Origin: Gordius albopunctatus
Taxonomy: Eukaryota
Direction of reading: 5' to 3'
DNA length: 64,000 nucleotides
Assembly: GCA_964276515.1 (NCBI GenBank)
Contig: OZ193909.1
Location: 15,500,001 to 15,564,000 of the forward strand
Both the position numbers and the translations under genes were made by a program. Positions 62,509-64,000 of this stretch are shown piece by piece; the stretch's first letter is position 1, and each line of letters opens with the position of its first letter. The notes beneath the pieces were generated by a model. It had not been told where the DNA came from, searched no databases, and saw nothing but the letters and a program-made list of their open reading frames with translations.

Positions 62509-64000
62509 ACATTTGATTTTTTTCGATGGCTTTTAAAGATGCCTTTAATTGTCTGTTTCCACCAGTCCGTTGGCGGATGGGTGATAGGCAGTGGTTTTTA
62601 TATGTTTGCATCCTAATGTGCTGGAGAGTTGTCTGAATAGTCCTGACTGAAACTGAGATCCTCTGTCGGTAGTAATTGTACTTGGGACACCGTAATTGGC
62701 TATCCAACTTTCGATTAGCTTGAAAGCGATCTCTTCGGTAGATGTTTCTTTAAGTGTAACGGCCATAGGCCATCTCGAGAAACGATCTATTGCTGTCAAA
62801 ATGTTAGTAAACCCGTTTGAAGGTGGTAGTGGTCCATGTTGCGTCTGGTTGTGCGAAAGTCCCGGGCGTCGTTATAGTGTGTTTATGAACTTTGTTTAGT
62901 TGGCATTTTAAACAACACTTAGCCCAATTTCTAACGTCTTGGTTCATCGAAGGTCACACATACACTCTTGACATCAGTTTGCTTGTCACTCGTATGTCAG
63001 GGTGAGAAAAAGCATGAAAGTGATCGAAAACCTTCCTTCTGGGTGTTTCAGGTAATACCGGTCGGGGTTTAGTGGTTGAAAAATCACAATGAACTTTACA
63101 CTCTGATCCTGGGATAGGAATTAGTTGTAACTTTAGGGATGATGAGTTTTTTAGACCTAAGGATTCATCCGTCCTCTGGTGCTTGCTAATTTCCTCCAAA
63201 TCCGGAATTTCTTGTAATTTAGTAGAATCTATTTCCATCCGGGATAGAGAGTCCGCTACTGTGTTGCTTTAGCCTTTAATGAATCGTATGTCAGTATTAT
63301 ATTGCGATATGAGGTCCAACTGTCTTGTTTCTCTTGGGGAATACTGGTAGGGTTTTGCGTTGAATGCATAGGTGAGTGGTTTATGGTCGGTATAGATGGT
63401 GAAATTACAACCTTCTAAGATGTGGCGGAAATGCTTTATGGCCAAATAGATTGTGAGAAGTTCGCGGTCAAAAGTGCTGTACCGGGTCTGACTGGGTTGT
63501 AATTTCGCTTAGAAGAATGCTAATGGGTATACCTTGTCCGAAATGGTTCTCTCCAAAACTGCTCCAACCGCCTTGTCTGATGCATCAGTGGTTAGTGTGA
63601 CTTTTGTTAGGTGGTCCGTATTCAGGAAGGTTAAATGGTAAGATTCGCTAATGCTGCTTTTGATTCTTTGAATGCCTTGACCTGAATGTCGTAAAGCTTA
63701 CGGACTTTTTAGACTTCTTCAGTAAATCGGTCAGAGGTTGAAGGGTTTGGGAAATTCCGGGTAGAAATCAACGATAGAAATTTATCATTCCTAGAAATCT
63801 CCGGAGTTTCTTTATAGTTAATCAGGCAGGGGAAACACGTTGATGTCATTAACTTTGCCCAGTAGTGTGGCAATACCAGCGCTTGATACCTGAAGCCCGA
63901 GAAATTCGAGTTCGCCAACTCCGAATTTGCACTTCGAAGCGTTGATTCTAAGATCGTAGTCTTGCAATCGTTGAAGAACGATTCTCAAGTGCTGTTCGTG
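62509..64000 (-). mobile_element. Inverted Gypsy pol segment (IN-RH-RT), related to 60630-62145
   Basis: Reverse-complement similarity to the host element; ORFs 62545-62799 (IDRFSRWP...TDRGSQF) and 62954-63238; continues past the window edge. Confidence 0.85.

Overview
This is AT-rich, transposon-dense eukaryotic (animal) DNA with spliced genes; some predicted introns are only 38-45 nt. Host genes, all on the minus strand, are the N-terminus of a rhodopsin-class (GnRH/AKH-receptor-like) GPCR running off the left edge, COA8/APOPT1, YJU2B/CCDC130 and a 12-exon astacin-EGF-CUB metalloprotease. The rest is layered mobile DNA: hAT transposase remnants and hAT MITEs with 8-bp TSDs, P/THAP remnants, Helitron and Helentron(HINE/DINE-1)-type non-autonomous elements, CRE-like RLE retrotransposon 3' fragments, nested and rearranged Gypsy LTR elements, two RTE-clade LINEs whose 5' ends carry a twister-ribozyme core, and a Penelope-like repeat cluster with three hammerhead-like motifs. 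The most unusual object is a ~2.2-kb GC-rich insert (about 14178-16405) inside an RTE. It encodes only a hepadnavirus/DIRS-like RT-RNase H, with no integrase, tyrosine recombinase, gag or terminal repeats visible. It has a structured RNA before the ORF and a TATA-Inr-AATAAA cassette after it, the layout expected of an opened circular pararetrovirus-like replicon. All assignments come from reading motifs by eye; no database searches were run.
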